Positions 31,566 through 44,712 of a stretch of DNA of 64,000 nt are shown here, in pieces. A program made the position numbers and the translations under genes. A model generated the notes under the pieces. That model did no database searches. It saw only the letters and a program-made list of their open reading frames with translations, and was not told the DNA's origin. Each line of letters opens with the position of its first letter. The stretch's first letter is position 1. Source of the DNA: Octopus vulgaris (lineage: Eukaryota); contig OX597841.1 in NCBI GenBank assembly GCA_951406725.2, positions 2,728,001-2,792,000 on the forward strand. The letters run 5' to 3'.

Positions 31566-31979
31566 GGATCATTTCGGTTTGTACAGCAGTTTTTTCTAGC
31601 GGTGTCATATGAAATTGTCACCCATAATTATGACCCTAGTATCGATCTATTGCATTTCAATCTGTTTTAGGGTTATGGGTGGGGGAAGGGTATCTTTTTT
31701 TTCTTCACAAATGTAAATAAACCCAATCTGTTTCTTAAACGAGGGACATATTCATACGGCACAGAATGTTTTTTTTTACCTCAATAGACATCCTTGATTG
31801 GTTGAAATTGCAGAAATTGAAGAAAAAAACCAACAAATATCTTACAAACTATAGAATTTTCTCAATAAAGCCAAGAGAAAAAGATGTTTTATAAACACAT
31901 TCTACCAGGATACGAAGTTTAAAATTTTTTAGTTACCTAGAAATTATGTTAAAAACTGCCGTTCAAACTGAAAAGATCC
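31566..31979. mobile_element. MITE with GG-starting TIRs and 8-bp TSD (Merlin-like)
   Basis: TIR GGATCWTTTCRGTTTGWACRGCAGTTTT; TSD GGAGTTTG at 31558-31565 and 31980-31987. Confidence 0.85.
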
Positions 31980-33028
31980 GGAGTTTGGAATAGATCAACC
32001 ACGTAAGTTGGATAATATCCGTTTTGAGGGGGGATTTTTTCAAACTATCTCCACGAATTTCAAAATGCTAGGGATGGGGAACACTTTAATGAAGATACGA
32101 AAATATGATTTCTTCTAGCTTTTACTACGCTAAGCGCCATTTCAATTTTTGCGTAACGTAAAATATTGTAGGTAAATGGATAATTTTGGGTAAATTTCGA
32201 TCTTTTCATCTGTACAATTTTCCCTAAAAAAAAAAAAAAATATTCGGATTTTTTTGCATGGAATCAAATACCCTGACCTAATATGCTGCAACCCCCCTTT
32301 TTTTGGCGGGTGAAAAAGTGAAGGAACCCCACACGGACACACACACACAGGTCCCGGAATCAGTTAAGAATACAAAGACTGAAAGCCCCTTTTTGCTGTA
32401 GAGAAGCACTATTGATACTCTGTTTGTAGTTTGGCAATTTCAGAAGTATTGAACAAGAAGTAAACCACTGTATTTAGCCAGAGGAAGCGTTTGGCTGGGA
32501 GACTCACTCCCTTATATGGATGAATAGAGATGAATGGCTGGTGAGACTTAACAATGAGTACTTTGATGTATTTGGTAGGAGTTGACCAGGTTTAGGTTCT
32601 CACCCGTCCCCTCCTATTTATTGCTCAAATCTTAATTTAAATGTTTATTCCTAGAGTTTAACTCAACAGAAATAAAAACTTATATTTTTAAGCAGCTTCT
32701 ACATCTTACACCGTTGTTTCTCTATAATTTCAGAACATCAAATGACATTGACATAACGGAAGAAACATCCTCAATATCTACCACGTTTCAAAGACTAAAA
32801 GAAAATATTATACAAAACAGATGTATCAGATTGTATTTTACAAATCTGTGGAAGAATTCTTGTGAAACATTTGCTCTGGAATAATATCGTTGGCCAAGTT
32901 TCTGAACATCACTGACTGGATAAAATTATAGAAGTGTTGCTAAACAAAGGTAACACTGGACGTGTTTGTAAAAACAAAGTATAAAAGCAAGGAAAATATA
33001 TATATACTGGGATTTGTGAGAAAAAGCA

Positions 33029-33946
33029 ATGGAAACGAGTGAGAAAATTTTAGAATTGATTTCCCCTGAACCCATGGTAAAGGCGACAAAATCATATGAC
33101 TGTAATATCTGTACAAAGTCCTTCCTGCAAAAAAGTAACCTACTTTTGCACAAACGTATTCATACAAGCGAAAAACCATATCATTGTGATATCTGTGGTA
33201 AATCATTCTCTCAAAATAGTGTCTTAACTAAGCATAAACGTATTCATACAGGAGAGAAACCGTATTGTTGTGATATCTGTGGTAAATCATTCTCTCTTAG
33301 TTGTAACTTATCTACACACAAAAGTATTCATACAGGAGAGAAGCCACATCATTGTGATGTCTGTGGTAAGTCTTTCTCTCAAAATAGTGCCTTAACTACA
33401 CATAAACGTTCTCATACAGGAGAGAAGCCATATCATTGTGATATCTGTGGTAAATCATTCTCTACGAGTGGCTATGTTATACTGCACAAACATACTCATA
33501 CAGGAGAGAAACCATATCACTGTGATATCTGTGGTAAATCATTCTCTCATAATAGTAACTTAATGCATCACAAACGTACTCATGCAGGAGAGAAACCATA
33601 TCATTGTGATATCTGTGGTAAATCAATCTCTCAGAATCGTAACAGAAATGCACATAGACGTATTCATACAGGAGAGAAACCACATCATTGTGAAATCTGT
33701 GGTAAGTCATTCTCTCGAAATTTTTGCTTAAAACAACACAAATTTACTCATACAGGAGAGAAACCATATCCTTGTGATATCTGTGGTAAATCATTTTCTT
33801 TCAGTAGTGTCTTAACTGTACACAGACGTATTCATACAGGAGAGAAACCATATCACTGTGATATCTGTGGTAAATCATTCTCTAATGGTAGTCATTTAAT
33901 GAAACACAAACATATTCATCATACAGGGAAGAAAGGAAAAAAGTAG
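33029..33946 (+). CDS. C2H2 zinc-finger protein, 10 fingers
   Basis: 305-aa ORF with leader [16 protein letters not shown] and TGEKP linkers. Confidence 0.93.
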   Translation: METSEKILELISPEPMVKATKSYDCNICTKSFLQKSNLLLHKRIHTSEKPYHCDICGKSFSQNSVLTKHKRIHTGEKPYCCDICGKSFSLSCNLSTHKSIHTGEKPHHCDVCGKSFSQNSALTTHKRSHTGEKPYHCDICGKSFSTSGYVILHKHTHTGEKPYHCDICGKSFSHNSNLMHHKRTHAGEKPYHCDICGKSISQNRNRNAHRRIHTGEKPHHCEICGKSFSRNFCLKQHKFTHTGEKPYPCDICGKSFSFSSVLTVHRRIHTGEKPYHCDICGKSFSNGSHLMKHKHIHHTGKKGKK

Positions 33947-34145
33947 TTTCTATAGTTATGTGTTGGCTATATATTTTTAATATTCCTCTTTTTTTCTGCA
34001 ATTAAAGTATATTCAAATCTTTTAGATCTTTTTTTGGTTTGTTTTTGTAACATTCATCTTTCTTTTTTTTATGAATGGACCCCCATCCCAACACTCTTCC
34101 TCTTCCTAACAACCTTACACATAATTCTTTACTGAATATTGCATC

Positions 34146-34572
34146 GGCAGCTGACTTGGCAGACACCCATAAAATTATCAACCATCCTACAAACAATAAC
34201 TCTGAGCACCTTTTCAAACTCCACCCATCTAACACCCGTGGACATATTTACAAAGTAAGAAAACAGCACAGCTCCCATGACTTCAGGAAACATTTTTTCA
34301 CGCTGAGAGTTGCTGAAGCATGGAACAAACTGCCGGCATCAGTTGTTAGTTGTCGGAGCACTGCATCGTTCAAAACTTCCATGCTTCCTGAGATTCGCCA
34401 ACACTACACTTGATTTTCTCCCCTCCATACACACACAAGCATGTATCTGACTCATACATTGTTCGCTTTCCAGACATTTCTACATTACTGCATGTACTTT
34501 ATATGCACTTTCTGACAAGTTGTGGTGCACCTGAGCACTGTATACGATAATTTCATTATTATTATTATTATT
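34146..34572 (+). mobile_element. CR1-type LINE 3' end inserted just downstream of the ZNF stop; shorter copy at 44430-44680(+)
   Basis: TRGHIYKV..RKHFFTLRVAEAWNKLPASVV..FK motif and (ATT)n tail; absent from the paralogous flank at ~25000. Confidence 0.85.
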
Positions 34573-34988
34573 GTTTATTATCTTTTAAATACTTCACTCA
34601 TTAAATATGTTACGTGATACAATTTGTTATGACTCTTTCATACACAAGTTCTCAAATGTGTACATAAATAATGACCCCAAGTACAAAACAGAAGAGACCC
34701 CAAAGGAAGTACATGAAGCATAAGAAATTCCTAAGTCACTATGAATAAGGTGATGTCAGCCAGTATTGAGAGAGTATGTGTCGATAGTCGTGTCTGTGCT
34801 GATGTAGTAATTACACTGCAATACTGAGTGGATGGATAACGATCCAATGTTTTGAGGATGAATACAGTTTATGCCTGGGGGATCGTACAGTGCCAGGTAG
34901 AAACATCCTATCGATGACTTTGGTCTATAACAATATCTATCAGAGGGACAACCGTCATACAAAAACAGACATAAGAGCCACATAGGTA

Positions 34989-35364
34989 CACTACCGTCAG
35001 AAATTAATTAGCACCCTTGATTTGCTCTTCACTCAAGGTATGTGCTGTCACCTAGTGGCCATATCTCGAACTATTGCTTTGTTGCGAGTTCACTGTTGCG
35101 CAGAACGATGACGTAACTTTGTTTGCAGAGCAGTTTAAGAGTCTACAGCCTTATGATGTTGACATAGCAGTGCAACAATTTGGAGTGCGGATGCAGACAA
35201 ATCTTCCTTTGTTTAATAGATATAGGTAGCGCCTCGCAAGGACCGAAATCACACCATACTAAGTTTTCTCATCGCGTAAGACTTTTGAACAGCTCATAGG
35301 TTAATTGATTTAACCTATTTAATGTAGAAATTTGAGAAGTGCTAATTAATTTCTGACGCAAGTG
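34989..35364. mobile_element. Tc1/mariner-type MITE
   Basis: TA|CACTACCGTCAGAAATTAATTAGCAC ... GTGCTAATTAATTTCTGACGCAAGTG|TA. Confidence 0.85.
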
Positions 35365-35749
35365 TAAGTAGTTAATGATTTGAGATTCAGAGCTTAAAGG
35401 TGTGAGAAATATCAACCAATGTGTAAGAGGAAGTCCCAGAAGCTTAGAGATGCTTAAGACAGTTGCAGATGTGATCTATGAATTAGAACCTTTAGGCGCA
35501 GGAGTGGCTGTGTGGTAAGTAGCTTGCTAACCAACCACGTGGTTCCGGGTTCAGTCCCACTGCATGGCATCTTGGGCAACTGTCTTCTGCTATAGCCCTT
35601 GTGAGTGGATTTGGTAGACGGAAACTGAAAGAAGCCTGTCGTATATATGTATATATATATATGTGTTTGTGTGTCTGTGTTTGTCCCCCTAGCATTGCTT
35701 GACAACCGATGCTGGTGTGTTTATGTCCCCGTCACTTAGCGGTTTGGCA

Positions 35750-36428
35750 AAAGAGATCGATAGAATAAGTACTGGGCTTACAAAGAATAAGTCCCGGGGT
35801 CGAGTTGCTCGACTAAAGGCAGTGCTCCAGCATGGCTGCAGTCAAATGACTGAAACAAGTAAAAGAGACCGATAGAATAAGTACTAGGCTTACAAAGAAT
35901 AAGTCCCGGGATCGATTTGCTTGACTAAAGGTGGTGCTCCAGCATGGCTGCAGTCAAATGACTGAAACAAGTAAAAGAGACCGATAGAATAAGTACTAGG
36001 CTTACAAAGAATAAGTCCCGGGGTCGAGTTGCTTGACTAAAGGTGGTGCTCCAGCATGGCTGCAGTCAAATGACTGAAACAAGTAAAAGAGACCGATAGA
36101 ATAAGTACTAGGCTTACAAAGAATAAGTCCCGGGGTCGAGTTGCTTGACTAAAGGTGGTGCTCCAGCATGGCTGCAGTCAAATGACTGAAACAAGTAAAA
36201 GAGACCGATAGAATAAGTACTAGGCTTACAAAGAATAAGTCCCGGGGTCGAGTTGCTTGACTAAAGGTGGTGCTCCAGCATGGCTGCAGTCAAATGACTG
36301 AAACAAGTAAAAGAGACCGATAGAATAAGTACTGGGCTTACAAAGAATAAGTCCCGGGGTCGAGTTGCTTGACTAAAGGTGGTGCTCCAGCATGGCCGCA
36401 GTCAAATGACTGAAACAAGTAAAAAGAG
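35750..36428 (+). repeat. SINE-A 3' end tandemly repeated, 112 bp x6
   Basis: GATAGAATAAGTACT at 35759, 35871, 35983, 36095, 36207 and 36319. Confidence 0.95.
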
Positions 36429-36908
36429 TAGGTGGGGATATATAGCATATAGTGCAACTGGAGGTTCTTAGGAGACAACTGATGTAGAGCTGTGGAAGGA
36501 ATCTGTAGCTAAAATGCCATTCAGCTGAAAGGAGACATGATGGTGGAACAGGGAAGCGTCCCGAGCAATAAAAGGAAAAGAGGAAGATATGGAAGAATGG
36601 AGGCAGCTGGAAGAGAAGCTGGGAAACAGCTTTATTTACCAAGGGGAAAAATAAACAAAACAGGTATGCTAATATTCTATTGTTTGAGGATCAAAATTAT
36701 GAAGCATTCTGGGTTGTAAAAATTGAAGTGTGGCAGGTGTGTGCAGACTTGCATTCACTGATTCTTAAAAGATACAAGGATGGAAGTGCAAATATGAAAG
36801 GCGACTAAATGTGAGAGAGCTGTCCTAATGGGAACATGAGGGTCCAGCCATTCTTACTGGTGGCAGTTAAGAATTCGAAGACTGCGAAAGCCCCCTGTCC
36901 ATCAGGAA

Positions 36909-37275
36909 TCTTCTCTATATATAAACGGCAGTTTGTCTGTCTGCGCGTCTGTTAGGTTGTACCCTCACCCTGACCACGGCTTTCAACCGATTCTGATGAA
37001 ACTTGACACACACATAGCCCAATGTCATAATTCAAAACTAACGCAGCGAAAATTTTGAAAAGTTCCCCCAGTTCTGAAAAAAATCGATAAATTCGATATG
37101 GGGTCGAGAATCAGAAACACAAACCACAGACTGTCTAGGGGACGCAACTCCACCTTTTTAACTCTCAAACAAAAATTTACCATCATTTTTTTCCATTTTT
37201 TTGGCTATAACTCTCTAAAAATGCTTTATAGTTATTTCCCTTACAAACCCGAGCAACGCCGGGCGATACTGCTAG
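36909..37275 (+). mobile_element. Non-autonomous Helitron
   Basis: A|TC..TATATAAACGGC start; same 3' hairpin and CTAG|T as 31000. Confidence 0.85.
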
Positions 37276-40200
37276 TTACTTCTAAAGTGCATAAATTATG
37301 TGGCATATTTGGATACTGCCTTCTCTCCATTTAATTAATAAGGTTGTCCAGGAAGGTATCATAAACAATGCTTAGTGTAACAGCATCATAGTCAAAATGT
37401 TTCAAGGGTAAAGGAGATGCCTTAGACAGAAGTAAAAGCAGAGATTTCAGATTATAGGACCAGGCTCTCTCGCTCTCTTTTACTCTTTTACTTGTTTCAG
37501 TCATTTGACTGCGGCCATGCTGGAGCACCGCCTTTAGTCGAGTAACTCGACCCCGGGACTTATTCTTTTTGTAAGCCCAGTACATATTCTATTGGTCTCT
37601 TTTTGCCGAACCGTTAAGTGACGGGGACGTAAACACACCAGCATCGGTTGTCAAGCAATGCTAGGGGAACAAACACAGACACACAAACACACACACATAT
37701 ATATATATATATACGACAGGCTTCTTTCAGTTTCCGTCTACCAAATCCACTCACAAGGCATTGGTCGGCCCGGGGCTATAGCAGAAGACACTTGCCCAAG
37801 ATGCCACGCAGTGGGACTGAACCCGGAACCATGTGGTTGGTTAGCAAGCTACTTACCACACAGCCACTCCTATGGAAGCCATTGAAAGAGTCAGTCTGGT
37901 TAATTAAAGAGAGACTGAACCTTGATGAGATGCAATTTAGCTTCATGCTGCAGAGAAGCACTATTGACACTCTGTTATAAACGCACTCAGCAGTTGTTTG
38001 TGTATATTTTCACACCAGTCTTCTGCCTTCTTAATTATATTGTGAAAACTATTTTTGGCAAACTTAATCAAGCATCAACATCATCGTTTAACGTCCGCTT
38101 TCCATGCTAGCATGGGTTGGACAGTTCAACTGGGGTCTGGGAAGCCAGAAGGCTGCACCAGGCTCCAGTCTGATTTGGCAGTGTTTCTACAGCTGGATGC
38201 CCTTCCTAACACCAACCACTCCATGAGTGTAGTGGGTGCTTTTTACGTGCCAGGCGAGGCTGGCAAATGGCTACAATCAGATGGTGCTTTTTACGTGCCA
38301 CCGGCACAGGGGCCAGTCAGGGCGGCGCTGGCTACGGCCACATTTGGATGGTCCTCTTATGTGCCACCGGCACTGGTACAACTACAAATTCCATTGATGC
38401 AGTTCTCGAACAAGAAGAGGAAGTGGAATGTAGACAATCAACTACTTGTGAGTACTTGCTAATAGTCTTCAGAAATTATGACTTCTCCGAAATTTCATTC
38501 ACATTTTGCAGAATATTCATATATTAAATGCTTTAATTAGTACATCGCATCTCCAACCATTTTAAGGATGCATAAGTTTCTAGGACTTCCTCTTCCAGAT
38601 TGGCTGAAATCCCTCACACCTTCAAGTTCTAGGTCTCAAATAACTAACTGCTAACCTATGTTGTGAAGTTTATTCCTTATCAGGGAATGACCTTGCAAGT
38701 ATCTCAACATCTCGACTATGCCTGTCCTGCTTTCTGGATAGAATGTAGGCTCTGAAAAATGATTGTATTTCCCAAACCTGCTATTAGTGTTTTCACATTT
38801 TTATACCCCTTACACAGTTCCATGTTCTCTTCCTCTACATTATATAGGTACATTTACCTTACAATCATCAATGTTCCATGTGATTAAAGTTATAAACATA
38901 CCATGGGTTGTAAGCATTAGAATCTGTCATTTTAGTGACATTAGAGAGGGGTTACTGCAAACACTTTCCCCGCTTGGATATCTCTTTTTGGCAATCTTTC
39001 GTTGACTTGCTTTTCTCATTAATTTCCGTAAAAGAATTTTATATATTTACTTTTGTTGTAAAGTGAAGGAGAAGAGAAAGTGAAAATGTATGTATGTGTA
39101 TATGAAATGGATTTTTGTGTGTGTGTGAGAGAGGAAGTGAAGGGATAAATTGTCATGTATACGTACATACATAAATACTTATGCATACATCTTTTTTATA
39201 TGTACATGTGAGTATTTTCATTGCTTGCGAAGACATGTTGGGGCAAGCGAAATCGAAATCGAATTGAACCAGCCAGGATCCCTGGTCTGGTGGTACGTAA
39301 AAAGCACTATCTGACTCGTGGCAGATGCCAGCGCTGCCTCGACTGGCTTCCGTGCCGGTGGCACATAAAATACACCAATCCGACCGTGGCCGTTGCCAGG
39401 CTCGCCTGGCACCTGTGCAGGTGGCACGTAAAAAGCACCCACTACACTCACGGAGTGGTTGGCGTTAGGAAGAGCATCCAGCTATAGAAACATTGCCAGA
39501 TAAGACTGGAGCCTGGTGCAGCCTTCTGGCTTCCCAGATCCCCGGTCGAACCGTCCAACCCATGCTAGCATGGAGAACGGACGTTAAACGATGATGACTA
39601 TGATGATGATGTGTGTGAGTGAAGGTGTGTTCTCATCAACATCATCGTTTAACGTCCGCTTTCCATGTTAGCATGGGTTCGACGGTTCAACTGGGATCTG
39701 GGAAGCCAGGAGGCTGCACCAGGCTCCAGTCTGATCTGGCAGTGTTTCTACAACTGGATGCCCTTCCTAACGCCAACCACTCCGTGAGTGTAGTAGGTGC
39801 TTTTTACGTGCCAGACGAGTCTGGCAAACGGCCACAATCGGATGGTGCTTTTTACGTGCCACCGGCACGGGGGCCAGGCGAGGCTGGCAACGGCCACGTT
39901 CGGATGGTGCTTTTTACGTGCCACCAGCACGGAGGCCAATCAGGGCAGCGCTGGCTACGGCCACGTTTGGATGGTTCTCTTAAGTGCCACCAGCACTGAT
40001 ATCATGTAATTTATTTTTTTTGCATGTGTCTAAGTGGTGCTCACTCATACTCACATGCACATATACATACCAAAAGCTTAATGTTTACTATAACACCCGG
40101 CTACCAAATCAAAACAAAAAAGTGTAATAGGTGTAAAAAAAAATATTTATTAAATGAATATGAGAACAAAAATTTGCACCAATGAATTAATCAAAGAAAT

Positions 40201-40477
40201 TTTGGGGGGAAACTTTTTTCCAAGGGGGTGAAAAGAGGACTTTTGAAGAAAAAGAAATAAATTATACTGGTTCTTGATGTCATTCACCAGTAACTCCTTA
40301 ATGATCTGCAAAGTGTTCTATCTATTTATTATTCCAGGAGGATCTTTAATAACCTCATTTCCAGCTTTTGAAGGGAACATATGATGATGAAGATTGCAGT
40401 CCAAAAGCTTGCCACAATACACTATAGAAACTTTTATATATACACAAGTAACTTATGTTATTGTATAACATATTTAA

Positions 40478-40920
40478 CCCTTTAGTGTTCAGATTACTCT
40501 GTTAAATGTAATATTTTTTTACTCAAATTGTTTTTAATTAATCATTCATTATCTTACAACTTTGGGGTTTCAATGACGTGATTGTTCATTTTTAGAATGT
40601 CAATGTAGGTTAGGTGTGAGAGCCCTGATCTGGTCAGTTTAAACATAAAATAGGGAGAAAACTTTGGCCGGATATGGCCAGTTTAACCCTTTAGTGTTCA
40701 TATTATTCTATCAAACATAATACCTATTGATTCCCATTGATTTGAATCAATCATGCATTATCTCATATCTTCAAGATCTTGATGGTGTAATTACTTAATG
40801 TAGAATAACATTGTAGGGTAGGTGTGAGAGCCTGGATCTGGTCAGTTTGAACATAAAACAGATTAAATATTTTGGTCAGATATGGCCGGTTTAAATACTA
40901 AAGGGTTAAACACTAAAGGG
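40478..40920. mobile_element. piggyBac-like (TTAA) MITE, dimeric
   Basis: TTAA|CCCTTTAGTGTT ... AACACTAAAGGG|TTAA with two ~205-bp units. The empty site TATTTAATGAGTG is seen in the paralogous flank at 24961. Confidence 0.85.
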
Positions 40921-41140
40921 TTAATGAGTGAACCATTTAAAAGATAATAAACAATATACAGAAATTATAAGGATGTGATATTCAATAAGGAATAATGCAC
41001 AGGGATGTCAGGAGGAGTTTTGGTATGTCCTTACAGCATGGATAGGAGAGAAATGCATAAAAGAAAACAAAAAGATTTTAAGTTTTGGGAAAATTTTAGT
41101 TAGAACTTCCATTGCATAAAAATATTTAACAAACAACAAA

Positions 41141-42358
41141 CTACTCTTTTCCTTTGCCCCCCGTATGAATATGTTTGTGTTTTGTTAGGCGACTGTTTTG
41201 AGAAAATGATTTACCACAGATATCACAGTGGTATAGTTTCTCTCCAGTATGAATACATTTGTGTGCAGTTAAGGTATGATTCTGAGAGAATGATCTACCA
41301 CAAATTTCACAGTGATATGGTTTCTCTCCCGTATGAGTACGCATATGTATGGTTAATTGACTGTTTTGAGAGAATGATTTGCCACAAATATCACAATGAT
41401 ATGGTTTCTCTCCTGAATGAATACGTCTGTGGGCAGTTAATTTACTACTATCAGAGAATGATTTGCCACAGACATCACAATGATATGGTTTCTCTCCTGT
41501 ATGAATACGTCTGTGTGTAGACAAGCAACTACTGTTAAAGAATGATTTACCACAGATATCACAATGATACGGTTTCTCTCCTGTATGGGTATGGTAGTGT
41601 GTAGATAACTGACTACTGTGAGGGAATGATTTACCACAGATATCACAGTGATATGGTCTTTCTCCTGTGTGGGTACGTTTGTGTGTAGGTAAGTGACTAC
41701 GGTGAGAGAATGATTTACCACAAATATCACAGCGATATGGTTTCTCTCCCGTATGAACACGTTTGTGTGTAGGTAGCTGACTACTGCGTGAGAATGATTT
41801 ACCACAGATATCACAACGATAAGGTTTCTCTCCTGTATGAGTACGTTTGTGTTTAGATACGTCACTACTATGAGAGAATGATTTACCACAGATATCACAA
41901 TGATAGGGTTTCTCTCCTGTATGAATACGTTCATGTGTAGTTAAGATACTGTTATGAGAGAATGATTTACCACAGATATCACAATGATATGGTTTCTCTC
42001 CTGTATGAACATGTTTATGTTTAGTTAAGATGCTACTATCAGAGAATGATTTACCGCAAATGCCACAATGATATGGTTTCTCTCCAGTATGGATACGTCT
42101 ATGTACAATCAAGTGAATACTTTGAGAGAATGATTTACCACAGTCATCACAATGAAACGGTTTCTCCCCTGTGTGAATACGTTTGTGTCTAGATAAGTCA
42201 CTAATACGGGAGAATGGTTTACCACAGATATCACACTGATATGGTTTCTCTCCTGTATGAATTTGTTTATGTGTAGTTAAGGCACTATTTCGAGAGAATG
42301 GTTTACCACAGATATCACAATGATACGGTTTCTCTCCTGTATGAATTTGCTTGTGCAT
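41141..42358 (-). CDS. C2H2 zinc-finger protein, 14 fingers
   Basis: 405-aa ORF. The upstream first finger (SYDCDVC) is out of frame at a T8 run at 42370-42377, where the 33029 paralog has six. Confidence 0.9.
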   Translation of the reverse strand: MHKQIHTGEKPYHCDICGKPFSRNSALTTHKQIHTGEKPYQCDICGKPFSRISDLSRHKRIHTGEKPFHCDDCGKSFSQSIHLIVHRRIHTGEKPYHCGICGKSFSDSSILTKHKHVHTGEKPYHCDICGKSFSHNSILTTHERIHTGEKPYHCDICGKSFSHSSDVSKHKRTHTGEKPYRCDICGKSFSRSSQLPTHKRVHTGEKPYRCDICGKSFSHRSHLPTHKRTHTGERPYHCDICGKSFPHSSQLSTHYHTHTGEKPYHCDICGKSFFNSSCLSTHRRIHTGEKPYHCDVCGKSFSDSSKLTAHRRIHSGEKPYHCDICGKSFSQNSQLTIHMRTHTGEKPYHCEICGRSFSQNHTLTAHKCIHTGEKLYHCDICGKSFSQNSRLTKHKHIHTGGKGKE

Positions 42359-43219
42359 AATTGGATTACTTTTTTTTGAAAGAAGAACTTCATACAGACA
42401 TCACAATCATATGATCTCTTTACCATGTGTTTTCCATTACTTTTTTTTATCTCAAATTCCTATTTATATATTTTTTTCTTGCTTTTGTTTTTATACTTTA
42501 TTCCTTACAAACATGTCCAGTGTTACCTTTGCTTAGCAACACTTCCATAAATCTATCCAATGTTAATCAGCACATTGGCTCCTCTTCTTCACATTCCAGT
42601 CAGATATGTTCATAAATTTGGCCAACGATATTATTTCAGAGCAAACATTTCATGGGAATTCTTCCACAGATTTGTAGAAACAATCTCATACATCTGTTTT
42701 GTATAATATTTTCTTTTAGTCTTTAAAACACGGTAGAGATTAAGGATGTTTCTTCTGTTATGTCAATGTCATTTGATGTTCTGGAATTATAAAGAAACAA
42801 CAGTGTAAGATGTAGAAGCTACTTAACATATACAGATTCATTTCTGTTGAGATAAACTGTAGAAATAAACATTTACTTTAACAACTGAGCTGGATTGCAA
42901 TAGCTCCATAAAGAAGTCATCATCATCATCATTGTTTATCATCCGTTTTCCATGCTGTCATGGGTTGGACGGTTCGACCGGGGTCTGGGGAGCCAGGGGC
43001 TGCTCCAGGCTCCAGTCTGATCTGGCAGTGTTTCTACAGCCGGATGCCCTTCCTAACGCCAACCACTCCGCGAGTGTAGTGGGTGCTTTTTATGTGCCAC
43101 CTGCACAGGTGCCAGAGGGGTCTGGCATCGGCCACGTTTTCATTTTGTCATATTCGTTTAGACGAAGTTGTTTTACACCTATTACAGTATTTTCTTTTTT
43201 GTTTTTATTACCGGGTCAA

Positions 43220-43880
43220 ACGCTTTAGTTTGACCGATTATTTAACAGAACGCACATGTCAGAAATGGCTTAAGAAATTCCGTTCTGGAGAGTTTTCGCT
43301 CAAAGATAATCAACAGTGGCTGTGTGGTAAGTAGCTTGTTTACCAACCACATGGTTCCGGATTCAGTCGCACTGCGTGGCACCTTGGGCAAGTGTCTTCT
43401 ACTATAGCCTCGGGCCGACCAAAGCCTTCTGAGTGGATTTGGTAGACGGAAACTGAAAGAAGCCTGTCGTATATATGTATATATATATATGTATGTGTGT
43501 GTGTTTGTCCCCCTAGCATTGCTTGACAACCGATGCTGGTGTGTTTATGTCCCCGTCACTTAGTGGTTCGGCAAAAAGAGACCGATAGAATAAGTACTGG
43601 GCTTACAAAGAATAAGTCCCGGGGTCGAGTTGCTCGATTAAAGGTGGTGCTCCAGCATGGCCGCAGTCAAATGACTGAAACAAGTAAAAGAGTAAAGAGA
43701 GAGAACTGGTCAACCTACTGAAGTTGATGATGACCGAATCATAGCTATAATTGAATCTGACTTATATAACAGTGTGAGAGATTGCAGTGAGGTCAGATGC
43801 ATCACACACAATTGAAAGTCACTTAAAATGCTTCGGTCTCGTTAAGAAGTTCGATAATTGGGTTCCACATAAATTGAGAT
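43220..43880 (+). mobile_element. Mariner transposase relic interrupted by a SINE
   Basis: LTERTCQKWLKKFRSGEFSLKD before the SINE; GQPTEVDDDRIIAIIESD..HLKCFGLVKKFDNWVPHKL after it (WVPHEL-like motif). Confidence 0.85.
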
Positions 43881-44160
43881 TCAAAGAGAGGTGCGATTCT
43901 GCATTAACCCCCGAAATAACCTGGCAAGGTATCTTCCATAGCTAGAAACAGCAACGAAATCTCCCACAACTTATAGAATCTTTCTTCCATCGTTAGATAT
44001 AGCGACCAAGTCCTGAGCAAATCATGAACATCTCTCATCCAGAGCTAGAAATAGCAGCCAAACGTTGCCAAATCAAGGACATCTCTCACACACAAAATAA
44101 AAGAGACACAAAGAATCAACGCGTCAAAAACCGAACGTCTACAGAGTTAAAAACATTAAA

Positions 44161-44427
44161 TAATTTTGTTGTGTATGAGGAGAGTGCCTTATAATTAATT
44201 TAATACCCTCACCGGTAAAATTTCCACTTATTTCTTTTTTATTATTCTAAAAGTTTCGTTGCGTCTTGCAACCTTTTCACTAGTTTTAAGACTATTGAAA
44301 AGGTTGCAAGACGCAACGAAAATTTTAGGACAATAAAAATAAGAAATAAGTGGAAATTTTACCGGTGAGTGTGTTAAATAATAAGGCACAAAAAGAAAAT
44401 GACTCTCCCCAGACACAACAGAATATT
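44161..44427. repeat. Inverted repeat / hairpin with ~6-nt loop
   Basis: TTTCGTTGCGTCTTGCAACCTTTTCA ... TGAAAAGGTTGCAAGACGCAACGAAA and CTCACCGGTAAAATTTCCACTTATTTC with its complement; centre at ~44286. Confidence 0.9.
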
Positions 44428-44712
44428 GTTGAAGCATGGAACAAACTGCCGGCATCAGTTGTTAGTTGTCGGATCACTGCATCGTTCAAAACTTCCATGC
44501 TTCCTGGGATTCGCCAACACTACACCTGATCTTCTCCCCTCCATACACACGCAAGCATGTATCTGACTCATACACTGTTCACTTCCCAGACATTTGTACT
44601 TTACTGCATATGCTTTATACGCACTTTCTGACAAGTTGTGGTGCATCTGAGCACTGTATGCAATAATTTCATTATTATCATTTTAATATGCTTCAACACA
44701 CGAACTCATATA

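Noticed and set aside
36430-36900. Possible Penelope/GIY-YIG remnant on the minus strand
   Set aside because: No convincing motif could be read; left unassigned.
44041-44056. AGAGCTAGAAATAGCA, identical to part of the SpCas9 sgRNA scaffold; monomer arrays superficially CRISPR-like
   Set aside because: It is the reverse complement of the endogenous monomer. Flanks do not match the scaffold, the arrays have no unique spacers and there are no cas genes, so the match is a coincidence.
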